A DNA stretch of 64,000 bases from Selaginella moellendorffii (taxonomy: Eukaryota; Plantae; Lycopodiophyta): positions 687,771 through 751,770 of the forward strand of contig NW_003314314.1 of NCBI RefSeq assembly GCF_000143415.4, written 5' to 3'. Below are positions 36,401 through 49,609 of the stretch, piece after piece (the stretch's first letter is position 1; each line of letters opens with the position of its first letter). The notes beneath the pieces were generated by a model, which saw nothing but the letters and a program-made list of their open reading frames with translations, searched no databases and was not told the origin of the DNA. Made by a program: the position numbers and the translations under genes.

Positions 36401-36899
36401 ATATTGGCTAAGTGCTATCATCATTAACTTAGATGACACGTATCTTCATTGGTAAAAAAGGAAGCCACTAGTGTGGATACATAATTGGGAATATCATAAA
36501 AGAGTCACTTTGGAATCAATTATTAACTTGGTCAATATGACCTTTCAACCATTAATCAAAACTTATTTGTTAAATCAAAGTGATGAAGAAAAAGTAAAAG
36601 AATTTATCTTGAACTCTGGTAATAAGCATACACCACAACTAGTCCATGAAAATGGTAAATATATTTTGTGTAGAGGAGACATCAATACTTACCATCACAA
36701 ACAATAAAAAGATAAGAAAGATAAAAAAAGTTTACCCTTTATGGAATGCTGTATAGAATATTGTTAAAAGCGTTTATGAGTCATTATAATCCTCTTTTCT
36801 AAGCTATTAGAGGAAAGAATTAACTATTGTGACAAACCATTAAAAAGTATAACCTAAACAACTAGATTCTCTTTTCTCTTAGACTATCTAGTTCTATAA

Positions 36900-37860
36900 T
36901 TAACACTATAGCTTCCTTCATTCCACTTATTGCTTCACTATTTCCCATCATTCCACCATAATTAAATCTAGAATTACCAATCATTGTCTCCACCACCACT
37001 ATTAATCCTACCACTACTATTATATCTATCTATACTCCTAGTTCTCCAAATACTATTTGGCTAACTAGAGTATGAATTAATATAACTTGAGCTATAACTA
37101 TTTATATTACCACCATTGCTGCCAATATATCCTTTATTACTAGATAAAGTTTATGTATAATCCCAATATGAAGTTATTGGAATGTGGTTATGGATTTGAT
37201 GAACTTTAAATGCATAAGACATTATAATGAGATCAATATCTATTCTATCACTTATGAAATGACAATGATGAGTGCTTAAATTTTGTAGCACATGTGGTTT
37301 TCACTTTTGTCCCTATAGTGATTTACCATAGGATTATAATAAAATGGAACTTAAACCTTTGCAATAGTAATAGAGTGGAATTTAAATTTTAGGGCCTTAG
37401 GCCACTAAAGGAAGGGACAAAGCCAAACTCCTAAACATAGAGCTAAGGAATGAAACTAAAGCATACATAAATATTATAGTAGATTACATTGATATTTTTT
37501 TACCACAGTCCCATGGTGAATAACTTTGTTCGTGGATGCTCCACAAAAGGAAGGATAATTTCAAGTTTAGGAGTAGGAACATCCACTCGTACCACAATCT
37601 CATAATAGATACCTTTATCCCTAGATGTTCCACAAAAGGAAAGACAATTTAAAATTTAGGGGTAGGAATATACTTTATTCAAAGGTATTTATATTTTAAG
37701 TAATCACTAATTAATGGGAATTGAGTAAGTGCCATTTGCTCTAATACCACATATAACGCATTCTATTTCTCTCCTCTTAATCTAATTTGAAAAAGGGCAA
37801 TTGCTTGATAAAAGAGTTTTTTAGTAGTTATTTTATCCCCATTTATCCCCTAAGATTCTA
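36900..37860 (-). mobile_element. Highly decayed LTR-retrotransposon 5' remnant
   Basis: Reverse-strand PBS-like TGGTATTAGAGC at 37738-37749 next to LTR-like 37750-37860. Confidence 0.45.
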
Positions 37861-40800
37861 AGAAAATACGGTGATATTGAAAGAGCTTTTGCTAATGCAT
37901 GATTAAGGCATCAACTTATATAACAATTTAAGACTCAAATTATGAAGCAATAATAAAGAATCATTATGAAAGTTTAAGGTCTTAGTGAGCAGTATTCAAA
38001 GGATTTAGATCACATGGATAGTAGAAAATTTTACAAGGAAATTTGTGATATAGCACGAGATAGCAAATTTGAAAGGAAGATAGGGTTTTGGAATTTTCTT
38101 GTGGATATATCCAAGAACTTGTTTCGCCCAGCTGGTGGATAGCCATGAAATACAAGCTAAGAGCAAATTTTTGAGGTTATTCAAATCCATGAAGAAGCAC
38201 AAATTGATGATTTTATATCCTTAAAATTTTGTTAGGCCAAGTACTTCTATAACCAGATGAGCTATAAGAACAACACTTCACTACAGTATTAGAGTGTAGG
38301 TATTTTTCTATAGATTTCAAGTTTTCTATATATAAACTAAGTATTGAATTATTGGTTGATATATTCCAGCAAGTTCAAGCATCTACAATGCTTATATAAA
38401 TCAAAATGCTGAGAGAATTCTTATACTAGGGCTAAAGATGAGACATACATCAAAACAACATTACATTTGGATGTAAAGGTAGATATACTTGTTGGATTTT
38501 GTGGTCTAAATGCAAATCACATGTGAGATGACAAATTTCTTGTTAAAGTAGGGGCAGGAGAGGAAGGCTACAATAACATTATAGCAATTTTTGACAATTT
38601 CTAACAAACTCATTATAGTCATGTGCTTAAAGTGAACTTACTATACTATTACAATCTACCAAAGTTATTTCTTGTTATCCAACTTACTTACAATAGATAT
38701 TTAGATATTTCATTTGTAGTTATAGTAACTTTAATCTTAGAAGTCTTATAACTTGGATATTCAACAGCAACGGGAGTGAGTTCATGACACTTGGGATAAT
38801 AATTTGCAATAAGTTCTTAGCCTAAAAATTACCCATGCATTTGATGGTAATTCAAGATATCAAAAACTAATGCTAAAAAATTATATACATTTTAAAATAT
38901 ACTAGGCCAGTTGGGTGTTTACAATATTACAAAAAGAGGATGGTTCTATTTATAGACTGCATGATCAAAAATTCATCTTTAATGGCAAAAAATTTGTAAA
39001 TCCGCTAGATTCTTTAAGAAATTTTATCCTTGGGAAGTTCTTAGCAACATTGAATCATATTAGAAAAGTCTTTATTGCTCTTCCAAGACATGAACATAGC
39101 TCAAATTAAAGTGATATGGATAGGAAGGACCATCAAAATTGAGCTACTACATAAAGACTAGATTTTAGGAATGCATATATATATTACGAGGTGATTGAAT
39201 TACAACTAAGTGAACTTAGTGAAGAAGAATTAATAAAATCTTTGTCAATTCTTTTATCAAAAGATTTATTCTTGATTACATCATTGCTCTAAAATTCCCT
39301 CTAAAGCACACCTAATAGAGTACGATGCATAAGTTATAGAAAAGATCATCTAAAGCCTTGCATTAGAGAAGTGAAATTTAAAGTTCTTTTTCCTCCCTTG
39401 GCAATGATCATGCCCATATTTTCATTTTTGTCCTTGAACACAAGTAGCAACAATCATCAAAATTCTATAATGTCTCATGAAAAGTAAATATATATAGTTA
39501 CAAATAGAAGAGATATGTTTCATAGTATTGTGCTACTTGAAAAGTATCATCAAAGTGGTTAGTGCAATTACATGTATAAATCTTATAAGATCTTGATAAA
39601 GTCTCAAATAACCCTTAATAAGACAATGCAATTACGCAATCTTAAATGCATGCTTGAAGATATTCAAGAAAAAACTTTAATCAACATGAGTGGTTATATT
39701 TAAAACATTATACCATTGTAACTGCATATTTGAAAATATGTGGGAAACTTATGTAAACACTAAGCATTGGCATAAGATAAGTGGCAATCATTATAAAGTG
39801 ATTAAATGAATGATACACATCATCTATAGAATTCCTAAGGAAAAAATTTAGTTTATGCAAGGATTAGCAATAATAGCAAGAGAAGTTACATCATGCACTA
39901 TGAATGCCACCATCATCTAAGTGCATAATATCATATTTATTAGATACCTAGTTTAAATTAAATATAAATTAAGATAAGTAATTGATAATTGATTAAAAAA
40001 TAAAACATTGCTACACATTGCATGTAGAAATGCTTGGTGTGTTTAATAGTAGTGTTATTCTTACTTATTAATTCAATTGATCAAATAAAGTTTATAATTA
40101 TAATTTATAAACACAAAATTAATCTTATTGCATATCAACCATTAGATGATAGAATAAAAAATAATATACTAGAAAGGTTTTAAGAAAGTTTATAAATTAT
40201 AAACATGTTTATAAATTATAAATACAAGATTAATCTAAATGAATAACAACCATTAGATGATAGAATATCCTAGGATATCCAAGTATTTTTATGTATATCC
40301 GCTACCATCCTAGCCCCTCTACAAGTTTGTTTAAGCAAACCAAAAAATTCAAAGAGAGAATATTGAAGATTATATTTTCTATTTCATTAGTTTCATTAAG
40401 CATCAAAACATTATTTATAAAAAATAATAAGACCATACAGGCCTTTTTTATTTGCAAATTTTCTAGTAAATTTATTCTCCCTTTGTATTTTGTGTCAGAA
40501 CTCATAATAATTTTAGTGTTGTGATAACTGCAAATGATGTGTTCATATCAGACACTCAAAATAAATTTTTTTGTACAAACACATAAGTAGCCTAATGCAA
40601 TTTTTCAGAATACTTGAACAAAAGTCTTTGGAAAGTTTAAGAAATATTTTAAATATCCTCAACTCAATATTTGTGGATTTTTTGGTGTTAGCAAATGAAC
40701 TTTACCAGATATTGGAGAAAAATCCATAATGAAGATAGGCATAGATCTAAAAATGCAATTTAATTTACACCATAATGATAAATGAAAGGTATACTGCCAT

Positions 40801-41496
40801 TTCTAAGTACATCTATAGTAGAAGAAAGCACTCCTAAATTATTTCACAAATATAAAGAATGAGCTAGATAATTTCAAGAACTTTATCTCTGTATGGTGAC
40901 CTTAAGTAAATAATAAATCGAGGTTAATTTTTGTATCCAATAAATCAAGTGGCTATAATAAAAATAACTAAAGACCACGATATAAAAATGAAAAAAATAG
41001 AAAAAAATATATTGTTTCCATTTTTATTTTGGTACCAGGGATTACAATCAACTTCTTCAAGAAGTTCCTCCTTTGAATTTGCGACTTGCAGACTTGCAAA
41101 TAGAAATTGCCTAAAGCTGAGATGTTGGAGCCTATAGAACAAACTCCCATTGAAAGGGTTCATACTCAATTTCCTCACCGGCTTGAAAGTGAGCTCAAAT
41201 GCACTTGCTATCATCACTTTTGACATTGTCCCAGCCAAGCCTATACCCCATTTTGTTACGTTTCACCTTATTTGACTAAATCACAATTTGAGTCAGGAAA
41301 ATGCCCGCGCAATCTCGGCCGCCAATCAAGAACAACGAAAAACACAAACCAGTCTCCTTTGATGGTCTGACAAAAGAGTCCTATCAAAACTCTCCACATC
41401 GCTCTCATATATAAGCTTCTCATGGAAACAAAACGCTCTTATTCAAAGCATTGCTCAGTCGATCCACAATCATAGAGAAAACTTCATTGAAGGACG

Positions 41497-42069
41497 ATGG
41501 AAAAGCTCATATTGTTCTCGCTGTTCTTGTCCATTGTCTCACGCTGCTTCGCTCAACTCGGCCAGACGAATGGTAGTGATTTTTCTGTAATCTTAAGCTT
41601 CACTGGTCCTCCAACACCAGGAACTTCATTGTCAGTCACTTGGTTGAAGTCTCCAAGAAACTCCTCCACTGCTGTTCTCGCCAGCAATTCCGCTTCTTTT
41701 TGCCAGATCCAGATTAACACGCCGGTGCTGATCGGCCAGCCATTCTGGAGCTCGCCTTGCGCATTCTCACCCCCCTCTCTCGGGGGCCTAAACTGTTCCT
41801 CTCGATTCCAAGTCAACGGGAGCTTGGAGCTCGTCGTGATGGAGGAGGTGGTGTGGAGCACAAGCACAGATGGGAGAAATGCGAGCTTTGCGAGGCTCAG
41901 CGATGGTGGAGAGCTCTCACTTGTGACGTCCTCTAACCAGGTTGTATGGACGAGTAACGATGTGCCACCGGCGGGGCTTTGTTTGAACACACCAAGCAGT
42001 GCCGGATCATCCCTTGCAGTTCCTTGCGGCTTATTGATTCTGCTCGGGTCACTCCTTCTAGCGCTATGA
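41497..42069 (+). CDS. Secreted bulb-type (B-)lectin-like protein, putative GPI anchor (copy 1)
   Basis: Signal peptide, NGSLEL..VVWST and DGGELSL..QVVWTS B-lectin repeats, and a hydrophobic C-terminus after SSAGSS. TATATAA at ~41408. Confidence 0.75.
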   Translation: MEKLILFSLFLSIVSRCFAQLGQTNGSDFSVILSFTGPPTPGTSLSVTWLKSPRNSSTAVLASNSASFCQIQINTPVLIGQPFWSSPCAFSPPSLGGLNCSSRFQVNGSLELVVMEEVVWSTSTDGRNASFARLSDGGELSLVTSSNQVVWTSNDVPPAGLCLNTPSSAGSSLAVPCGLLILLGSLLLAL

Positions 42070-42364
42070 AAGAGTGTGTAGATCTTCTATCACAATAAAA
42101 TTCTTCCACCATTCCTTAAAAGATATCTCAGTGATCCACTAAGTCGATTCTTTGTCAGCTCTATAGATATATGTGAAGAACTAACTACAAGCACAAAGTG
42201 GGCGGTAGAGATTTGCCCGGGTGGAAAAATCATATCGGCTCACAATGTGCCAAGTTGATGCTTATCGGCTGTCCATGTGTCTTCCTTCTATCGTTAGACC
42301 CTAATCACTTGGCACTTGCCATGGAAGCTCTTTAGCTAGGTTTCTCGGATCGATCCATTCCTCC

Positions 42365-42744
42365 ATGGCGTCGCTCGATCACAGGGAAGCACGGCGAGCA
42401 CAGGTGCGCTGGGCTAGAATCGAGGGGCTGAGCCCGGTGTTGCCGATTCCACGCGATAATCTGGGCCTCGGCGGTGCTGGATTGGGATTCGCGAGCATCA
42501 GCTTGTTTGGACGCCGCAAGCAAGAGAATGCGGGCCGGGAGGAGGCTGCTCCGGCTCAAGCGGTGCCATACTCGCCCAAGCGCGGGACGTATGCGCATGA
42601 CGCTCTACAGCGGAGGTTTAAGGTGGGATTTTAGATTGTTTTGTTTATTCCCATGCCGTGACGAAGGAAGATCTTTGTCTTTGGCTCTTTCAGGAGCTGG
42701 ACAAGCAAAACGCTGGGCACATAAGCGAGAATGATCTGAAAGCG
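42365..42744 (+). pseudogene. Truncated 5' portion of the EF-hand mitochondrial carrier gene
   Basis: Matches 49610-49989, then jumps to sequence downstream of the gene. Confidence 0.85.
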
Positions 42745-44044
42745 ACAGGATCAATCAGGGAAAAGCTAGCTAGCAGCAAAGCGAGCTGTGGTACTGTCGG
42801 AATGAGAAGTTGGCGAAATGTGACGAAGAAGGGTCGTCCAAAAGAAGGGACGTATCAAAGTCCGGGAAAATGGAAAGACCCAAGGAAAAGGAAGGCGGAG
42901 GTCAGCCACGCGTTGGACGCAGACTGGAAATTCCAATGAATGCGTGTGTTGGGCGTCTCCAGACAACGATGAGGACTTTGATAAGTTAAATCAATATGAA
43001 TTACCAGGTAGCAAGCAAGCCAAGCAGAAGAGGCATAGGGAGAGCAAAATCACAAGGGAAATGATAAGCTCCACAATTACTTATTCAATCAACCTTTTCA
43101 AACTTTTTGACAAATAAAGGGTAGGAAACCTTTATTAAATTGTATCTGGATTAATTTTAAAGTAGTTTTTCCACCACAAAGAAGTATGACCCATAAGCTT
43201 CATTGAAAAAAAATTGGGTTGTGAGATAAATAGTTTTCTTATGACTCTAACTAACAATCAACCCCTTAATTGTCACAAACATCTGGTAACAACTTCCCAT
43301 CTTACAATACCATAATCTTTTATATGATTGATGTAACAATGGTAATCATAGATATGAGATTGATTTATTCATCTTGAGAGTCCATGTGAAGCAAGAAAAT
43401 CTTTAATGACATTGATAAAATCCTTAACCTCCTTAAAGCATCCCAACGTTAAAAGGATATTCTTAGAATATTTCTATATTTTTTGTCAAACACCTAGAAA
43501 ACTATAAATGAAAATGAGGTCTATAAAGAAAATTTTAAAGTTGAAGAACTTTGATAATAAAAAACTTACCTCTAGATTGATTCTCAATTTTCCCAAATAA
43601 GGCCATATATAGGACTTTTACAATTGAATAATTTGATGCTATACCAGATAGGCTTTAGAATAATGAGGACATCGTCAACTAACTCTCATAAAGAATTATC
43701 ATTGAGATTAGTTCAAATAGTAGTAGTTTTTACTTTCTTCTTGACACAATTGTTTTTATTAAGGATTATAAATTTGAGGCTATTAAATATTGCTCTCAAA
43801 ACTTCTCAAAAAATTCTCAACCTTGCCAATGTGTAAAAGATGTATATAATTGAGTTTTGTTAGCTTTATAAGTTCTTTATTTTGTAAACACTTGGCCCTT
43901 GAAGAATGAAAAAGGGCCAATATTGTTGGAGTTATTGTAACAAACTTGAAATATCTAACAATAGATTTCATCATGATCAGTATATCTTTAAACCATTTGC
44001 ATTTCCTTTTCCATCTAGTTATTATTGTAAGAATAAGTTGCATT

Positions 44045-45600
44045 ACTTATAGATCCACTAATGCCTCCTCCTAATGTTTTTCAAGATCCTAGCTTATTAA
44101 CTCAATGCTATATATTAATATTAGCATAGTGGGATTTTGATAATCATTGGATTGGTTTCAATCCAAACCACTATAGTCTAGGTTAATTGAATATGCATCT
44201 TTCCATATTCTCCATACACTTATAAATTGCATATTAGTTTTTTAAGTTGAAAGGTTATTTAGCATATAAAATTTTTATTGAAAATCATAATTTCTAAAGT
44301 GTGCTTCAAAGTTTCTGGGTTTTATGGGAGTGAAACTTCACCTAAAAGCCTTTTGTGTGTGCTCTTAGTGTCTAAGAGGAATTAAGTAGATAGATGGATT
44401 AATAGGCAATTACAAATGGCTTTTACCCAAAAGTTAGAACTCATGTGCTAAAATCTTGAGGAACAGCAAGCACAAGTAGAATTACAAAGATCCAATCTAG
44501 ATTTTTTTACTCTTGAGGTTACATCAATAGTTTAGCATGAACAACAAGAACCTATGGCAAATATTCTATTATAGCAATTTTATTCCAAAATAGGAGTAAA
44601 GGATATATATTTCCCCTCTACTATGTTGGTTGAAAACTTCAAGGACTTGAGCTTGGTTATCCACTTTTAGAGAAGCAAGATGCATGTATCCTATATGCAA
44701 TAGAGAAATTAAAGAATTACTTGTGAGGAAGGCATTTTGTATTCCTTATAAATAATATTGCTTTGAGGTACATTGCAAAAAAGCTAATACTTCTAAGAAA
44801 TTTTTCTAAGTGGATGATAAATTATAACAAATTATAACTTTGAGTTTTAATATAAAAAAATTCACTCAAGCAAAATTGGCTATAATTTTGGATTATAAAA
44901 TACCTCTAGAGCAAGAAGAGATCCATGCTAGGAAGAGGATCATGATGTTTTGATAATGAGTGTTTAAAGAATATCAAGATTTTACAATTTTGAAAATAAG
45001 GAGTTTTTTAAAAGGGTGTAAAGGCATTGAGAAGTAGAAAATCATATGCAAGTCAAAACCATTCATATTAATAATTAATCAACTTCACCAAATTGGATGA
45101 GACAATATGTTTTAGGGAGCAGTTGAATAGAATAAATGAAAGGAGATCAAAAGTTTAGAATTATAAAAGATATTGTAGTGGATACTTTTCCCATAATTAT
45201 GTAACTAAGAAGATTGTAAATATAAGATATTTCTAGTCAACATTATTCCAAGATATAAAGAAATGGTGTAGGTCATGTCATATTTATCAAGTCTTTAGAA
45301 GAAGAATCCTTCAATCAAGAAGTCTTTATTCAATTTTGTCAACATGATCATTTGAGCAATACGGTATAAATTTTGTAGGACAAATTGTAGTGACATTAAG
45401 TTATAAAAATCTATCCTGGTGGCAATAAACTACCTTACTAAGTGGGCTAAAGCAATAGAAATTAAAACCAACATCAAGGAAGTTAGCTATACTTCCAATT
45501 AAGTTAAAAATCTTAAGTCTATAATTAGTGTTTAAGCATGGACTAAGTGATAAGAAGGACTTGTAATTGAGGCTTATTCAACATGAGAATCAATGTTAGC
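44045..45600 (+). mobile_element. Decayed Gypsy remnants
   Basis: 44045-44225 resembles the 3' end/LTR at 23370-23640. Integrase-like YLTKWAKA at ~45430. Confidence 0.55.
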
Positions 45601-48600
45601 TCTTCAATATACAAAAACAGTTCAATAAAATAGAAAGTATAGATGTGATAAGAAATTTATAAAAGCTTTATAAATGGAATTCTAATGAATTATATTTGCT
45701 AGTAGATTTTAATGAAGAACAACAGAACACCTTAGTGCATGGATATAAATGTTCTAACTTCAACTATAAAACAACATTATCATTAGGTTGTAAATAACCT
45801 ACATGACTTATAGCCATGTTGCTTGTTTGGGTGGGATTATACAACCAAAAATGGCATGTTTAAAGTCAAGATATCTGGATACAAGGCATGTATATACAAA
45901 ACCATCCTCCTTATACCTCTACTATCAATTTTTCCTTATAATTCTATAGTTGAAGTCAAAGTATAACTACTCTTTCCTTTCTATATCTTATATTTGTTCT
46001 ATTACTTATCCACTTTACCTTATCACAAACCTTATCTTCCATCATCTTTATAAAATGATATATTATATAACTCTTATATTCAAGTATACCCTCCAACTTT
46101 GTAAAAGTTTCTACCATCATTCAAAAATATTTCCTTGTGTAATATATGCATTCACTAATAGTCATCTAAATTTGCCACCTTTTCTACACCAATATTTTAT
46201 GATATTAACAGCAAAACATAAAATATATTCTAAAGACTATATAATGAAGAGCATTGAGTATGGAGTGATTTTATTTTTGTAATATTCTTTATTGATCCTT
46301 ACTTCCTTAAAAAATATAAAAATTACAAGTTAGTAGAAATCCCTCTCCTCTCTCTTTCTCTCAAAGCACAAAGTATATAAAAATAGTGTGCCACTAACCA
46401 CTAAATTCAAACATAATGATTTCATAATTGTGTAAAGAGAAGCTGAAGAATTAATAAAATCTTTGTCAACTCTTTTATCAAAAGATTTATTCTTGATTAC
46501 ATCATTGCTCTGAAATTCCCTCTAAAGCGCACCTAATAAAGTACGATGCATAAGTTATAGAAAAGATCATCTAAAGCCTTGCATTAGAGAAGTGAAATTT
46601 AAAGTTCTTTTTCCTCCCTTGGCAATGATCATGCCCATATTTTCATTTTTGTCCTTGAACACAAGTAGCAACAATCATCAAAATTTTATAATGTCTCATG
46701 AAAAGTAAATATATATAGTTACAAATAGGAGAGATATGTTTCATAGTATTGTGCTACTTGAAAAGTATCATCAAAGTGGTTAGTGCAATTACATGTATAA
46801 ATCTTATAAGATCTTGATAAAGTCTCAAATAACCCTTAATAAGACAATGCAATTACGCAATCTTAAATGCATGCTTGAAGATATTCAAGAAAAAACTTTA
46901 ATCAACATGAGTGGTTATATTTAAACCATTATACCATTGTAACCACATATTTTGAAAATATGTGGGAAACTTATGTAAACACTAAACATTGGCATAAGAT
47001 AAGTGGCAATCATTATAAAGTGATTAAATGAAAGATACACGTCATCTATAGAATTCCTAAGGAAAAAATCTAGTTTATGCAAGGATTAGGAATAATAGCA
47101 AGAGAAGTTACATCATGCACTATGAATGCCACCATCATCTAAGTGCATAATATCATATTTATTAGATACCTAGTTTAAATTAAATATAAATTAAGATAAG
47201 TAATTGATAATTGATTAAAAAATAAAACATTGCTACACATTGCATGTAGAAATGCTTGGTGTGTTTAATAGTAGTGTTATTCTTACTTATTAATCCAATT
47301 GATCAAATAAAGTTTATAATTATAAGCATGTTTGTAATTTATAAACACAAAATTAATCTTATTGCATATCAACCATTAGATGATAGAATAAAAAATAATA
47401 TACTAGAAAGGTTTTAAGAAATTTTATAAATTATAAAAATGTTTATAAATTATAAATACAAGATTAATCTAAATGAATAACAACCATTAGATGGTAGAAT
47501 ATCCTAGGATATCCAAGTATATTTTATGTATATCCACTACCATCCTAGCCCCTCTACAAGTTTGTTTAAGCAAACCAAAAGATTCAAAGAGAGAATATTG
47601 AAGATTATATTTTCTATTTCATTAGTTTCATTAAGCATTAAAACATTATTTATAAAAAATAATAAGACCATACAGGCCTTTTTTATTTGCAAATTTTCTA
47701 GTAAATTTATTCTCCCTTTGTATTTTGTGTCAGAACTCATAATAATTTTAGTGTTGTGATAACTGCAAATGATGTGTTCAAATCAGACACTCAAAATAAT
47801 TTTTTCTGTACAAACACATAAGTAGCCTAATGCAATTTTTCAGAATACTTGAACAAAAGCCTTTGGAAAGTTTAAGAAATATTTTAAATATCCTCGACTC
47901 AATATTTGTGGATTTTTTGGTGTTAGCAAATGAACTTTACCAGATATTGGAGAAAAATCCATAATGAAGATAGGCTTAGATCTAGAAATGCAATTTAATT
48001 TACACCATAATGATAAATGAAAGGTATACTGCCATTTCTAAGTACATCTATAGTAGAAGAAAGCACTCCTAAATTATTTCACAAATATAAAGAATGAGCT
48101 AGATAATTTCAAGAACTTTATCTCTGTATGGTGACCTTAAGTAAATAATAAATCGAGGTTAATTTCAAGTATATGTTGTATCCAATAAATCAAGTGGCTA
48201 TAATAAAAATAACTAAAGACCACGATATAAAAATGAAAAAAATAGAAAAAAATATATTGTTTCCATTTTTATTTTGGTACCAGGGATTACAATCAACTTC
48301 TTCAAGAAGTTCCTCCTTTGAATTTGCGACTTGCAGACTTGCAAATAGAAATTGCCTAAAGCTGAGATGTTGGAGCCTATAGAACAAACTCCCATTGAAA
48401 GGGTTCATACTCAATTTCCTCACCGGCTTGAAAGTGAGCTCAAATGCACTTGCTATCATCACTTTTGACATTGTCCCAGCCAAGCCTATACCCCATTTTG
48501 TTACGTTTCACCTTATTTGACTAAATCACAATTTGAGTCAGGAAAATGCCCGCGCAATCTCGGCCGCCAATCAAGAACAACGAAAAACACAAACCAGTCT

Positions 48601-48741
48601 CCTTTGATGGTCTGACAAAAGAGTCCTATCAAAACTCTCCACATCGCTCTCATATATAAGCTTCTCATGGAAACAAAACGCTCTTATTCAAAGCATTGCT
48701 CAGTCGATCCACAATCATAGAGAAAACTTCATTGAAGGACG

Positions 48742-49314
48742 ATGGAAAAGCTCATATTGTTCTCGCTGTTCTTGTCCATTGTCTCACGCTGCTTCGCTCA
48801 ACTCGGCCAGACGAATGGTAGTGATTTTTCTGTAAACTTAAGCTTCACTGGTCCTCCATCACCAGGAACTTCATTGTCAGTCACTTGGTTGAACTCTCCA
48901 AGAAACTCCTCCACTGCTGTTCTCGCCAGCACTTCCGCTTCTTTCTGCCAGATCCAGATTCAAGCCACCAACACGCCGGTGCTGCTCGGCCAGCCAACGC
49001 CAATCTTCTGGAGCTCGCCTTGCGCACCGGGCCTAAACTGTTCCTCTCGATTCCAAGTCAACGGGAGCTTGGAGCTCGTCGTGATGGAGGAGGTGGTGTG
49101 GAGCACAAGCACAGATGGGAGAAATGCGAGCTTTGCGAGGCTCAGCGATGGTGGAGAGCTCTCACTTGTGACGTCCTCTAACCAGGTTGTATGGACGAGT
49201 AGGGATGGGCCACTGGCGGGGCTTTGTTTGATCAGACAAAGCAGTGCCGGATCATCCCTTGCAGTTCCTTGCGGCTTATTGATTCTGCTCGGGTCACTCC
49301 TTCTAGCGCTATGA
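48742..49314 (+). CDS. Secreted B-lectin-like protein, putative GPI anchor (copy 2)
   Basis: Paralog of 41497-42069 with the same length (190 aa). Confidence 0.75.
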   Translation: MEKLILFSLFLSIVSRCFAQLGQTNGSDFSVNLSFTGPPSPGTSLSVTWLNSPRNSSTAVLASTSASFCQIQIQATNTPVLLGQPTPIFWSSPCAPGLNCSSRFQVNGSLELVVMEEVVWSTSTDGRNASFARLSDGGELSLVTSSNQVVWTSRDGPLAGLCLIRQSSAGSSLAVPCGLLILLGSLLLAL

Positions 49315-49609
49315 AAGAGTGTGTAGATCTTCTATCACAATAAAATTCTTCCACCATTCCTTAAAAGATATCTCAGTGATCCACTAAGTCGATTCTTTGT
49401 CAGCTCTATAGATATATGTGAAGAACTAACTACAAGCACAAAGTGGGCGGTAGAGATTTGCCCGGGTGGAAAAATCATATCGGCTCACAATGTGCCAAGT
49501 TGATGCTTATCGGCTGTCCATGTGTCTTCCTTCTATCGTTAGACCCTAATCACTTGGCACTTGCCATGGAAGCTCTTTAGCTAGGTTTCTCGGATCGATC
49601 CATTCCTCC

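Larger units (their letters stand above)
39224..43078 (+). repeat. Segmental duplication copy 1 (carries a 2.6-kb internal deletion)
   Basis: Near-identical to 46444-49989 joined directly to 52595-52928. Confidence 0.93.

Noticed and set aside
37900-41200. AT-rich ORFs, some present in both duplicate copies
   Set aside because: Low-complexity decayed TE-like DNA. Their identity reflects the recent duplication, not conservation.
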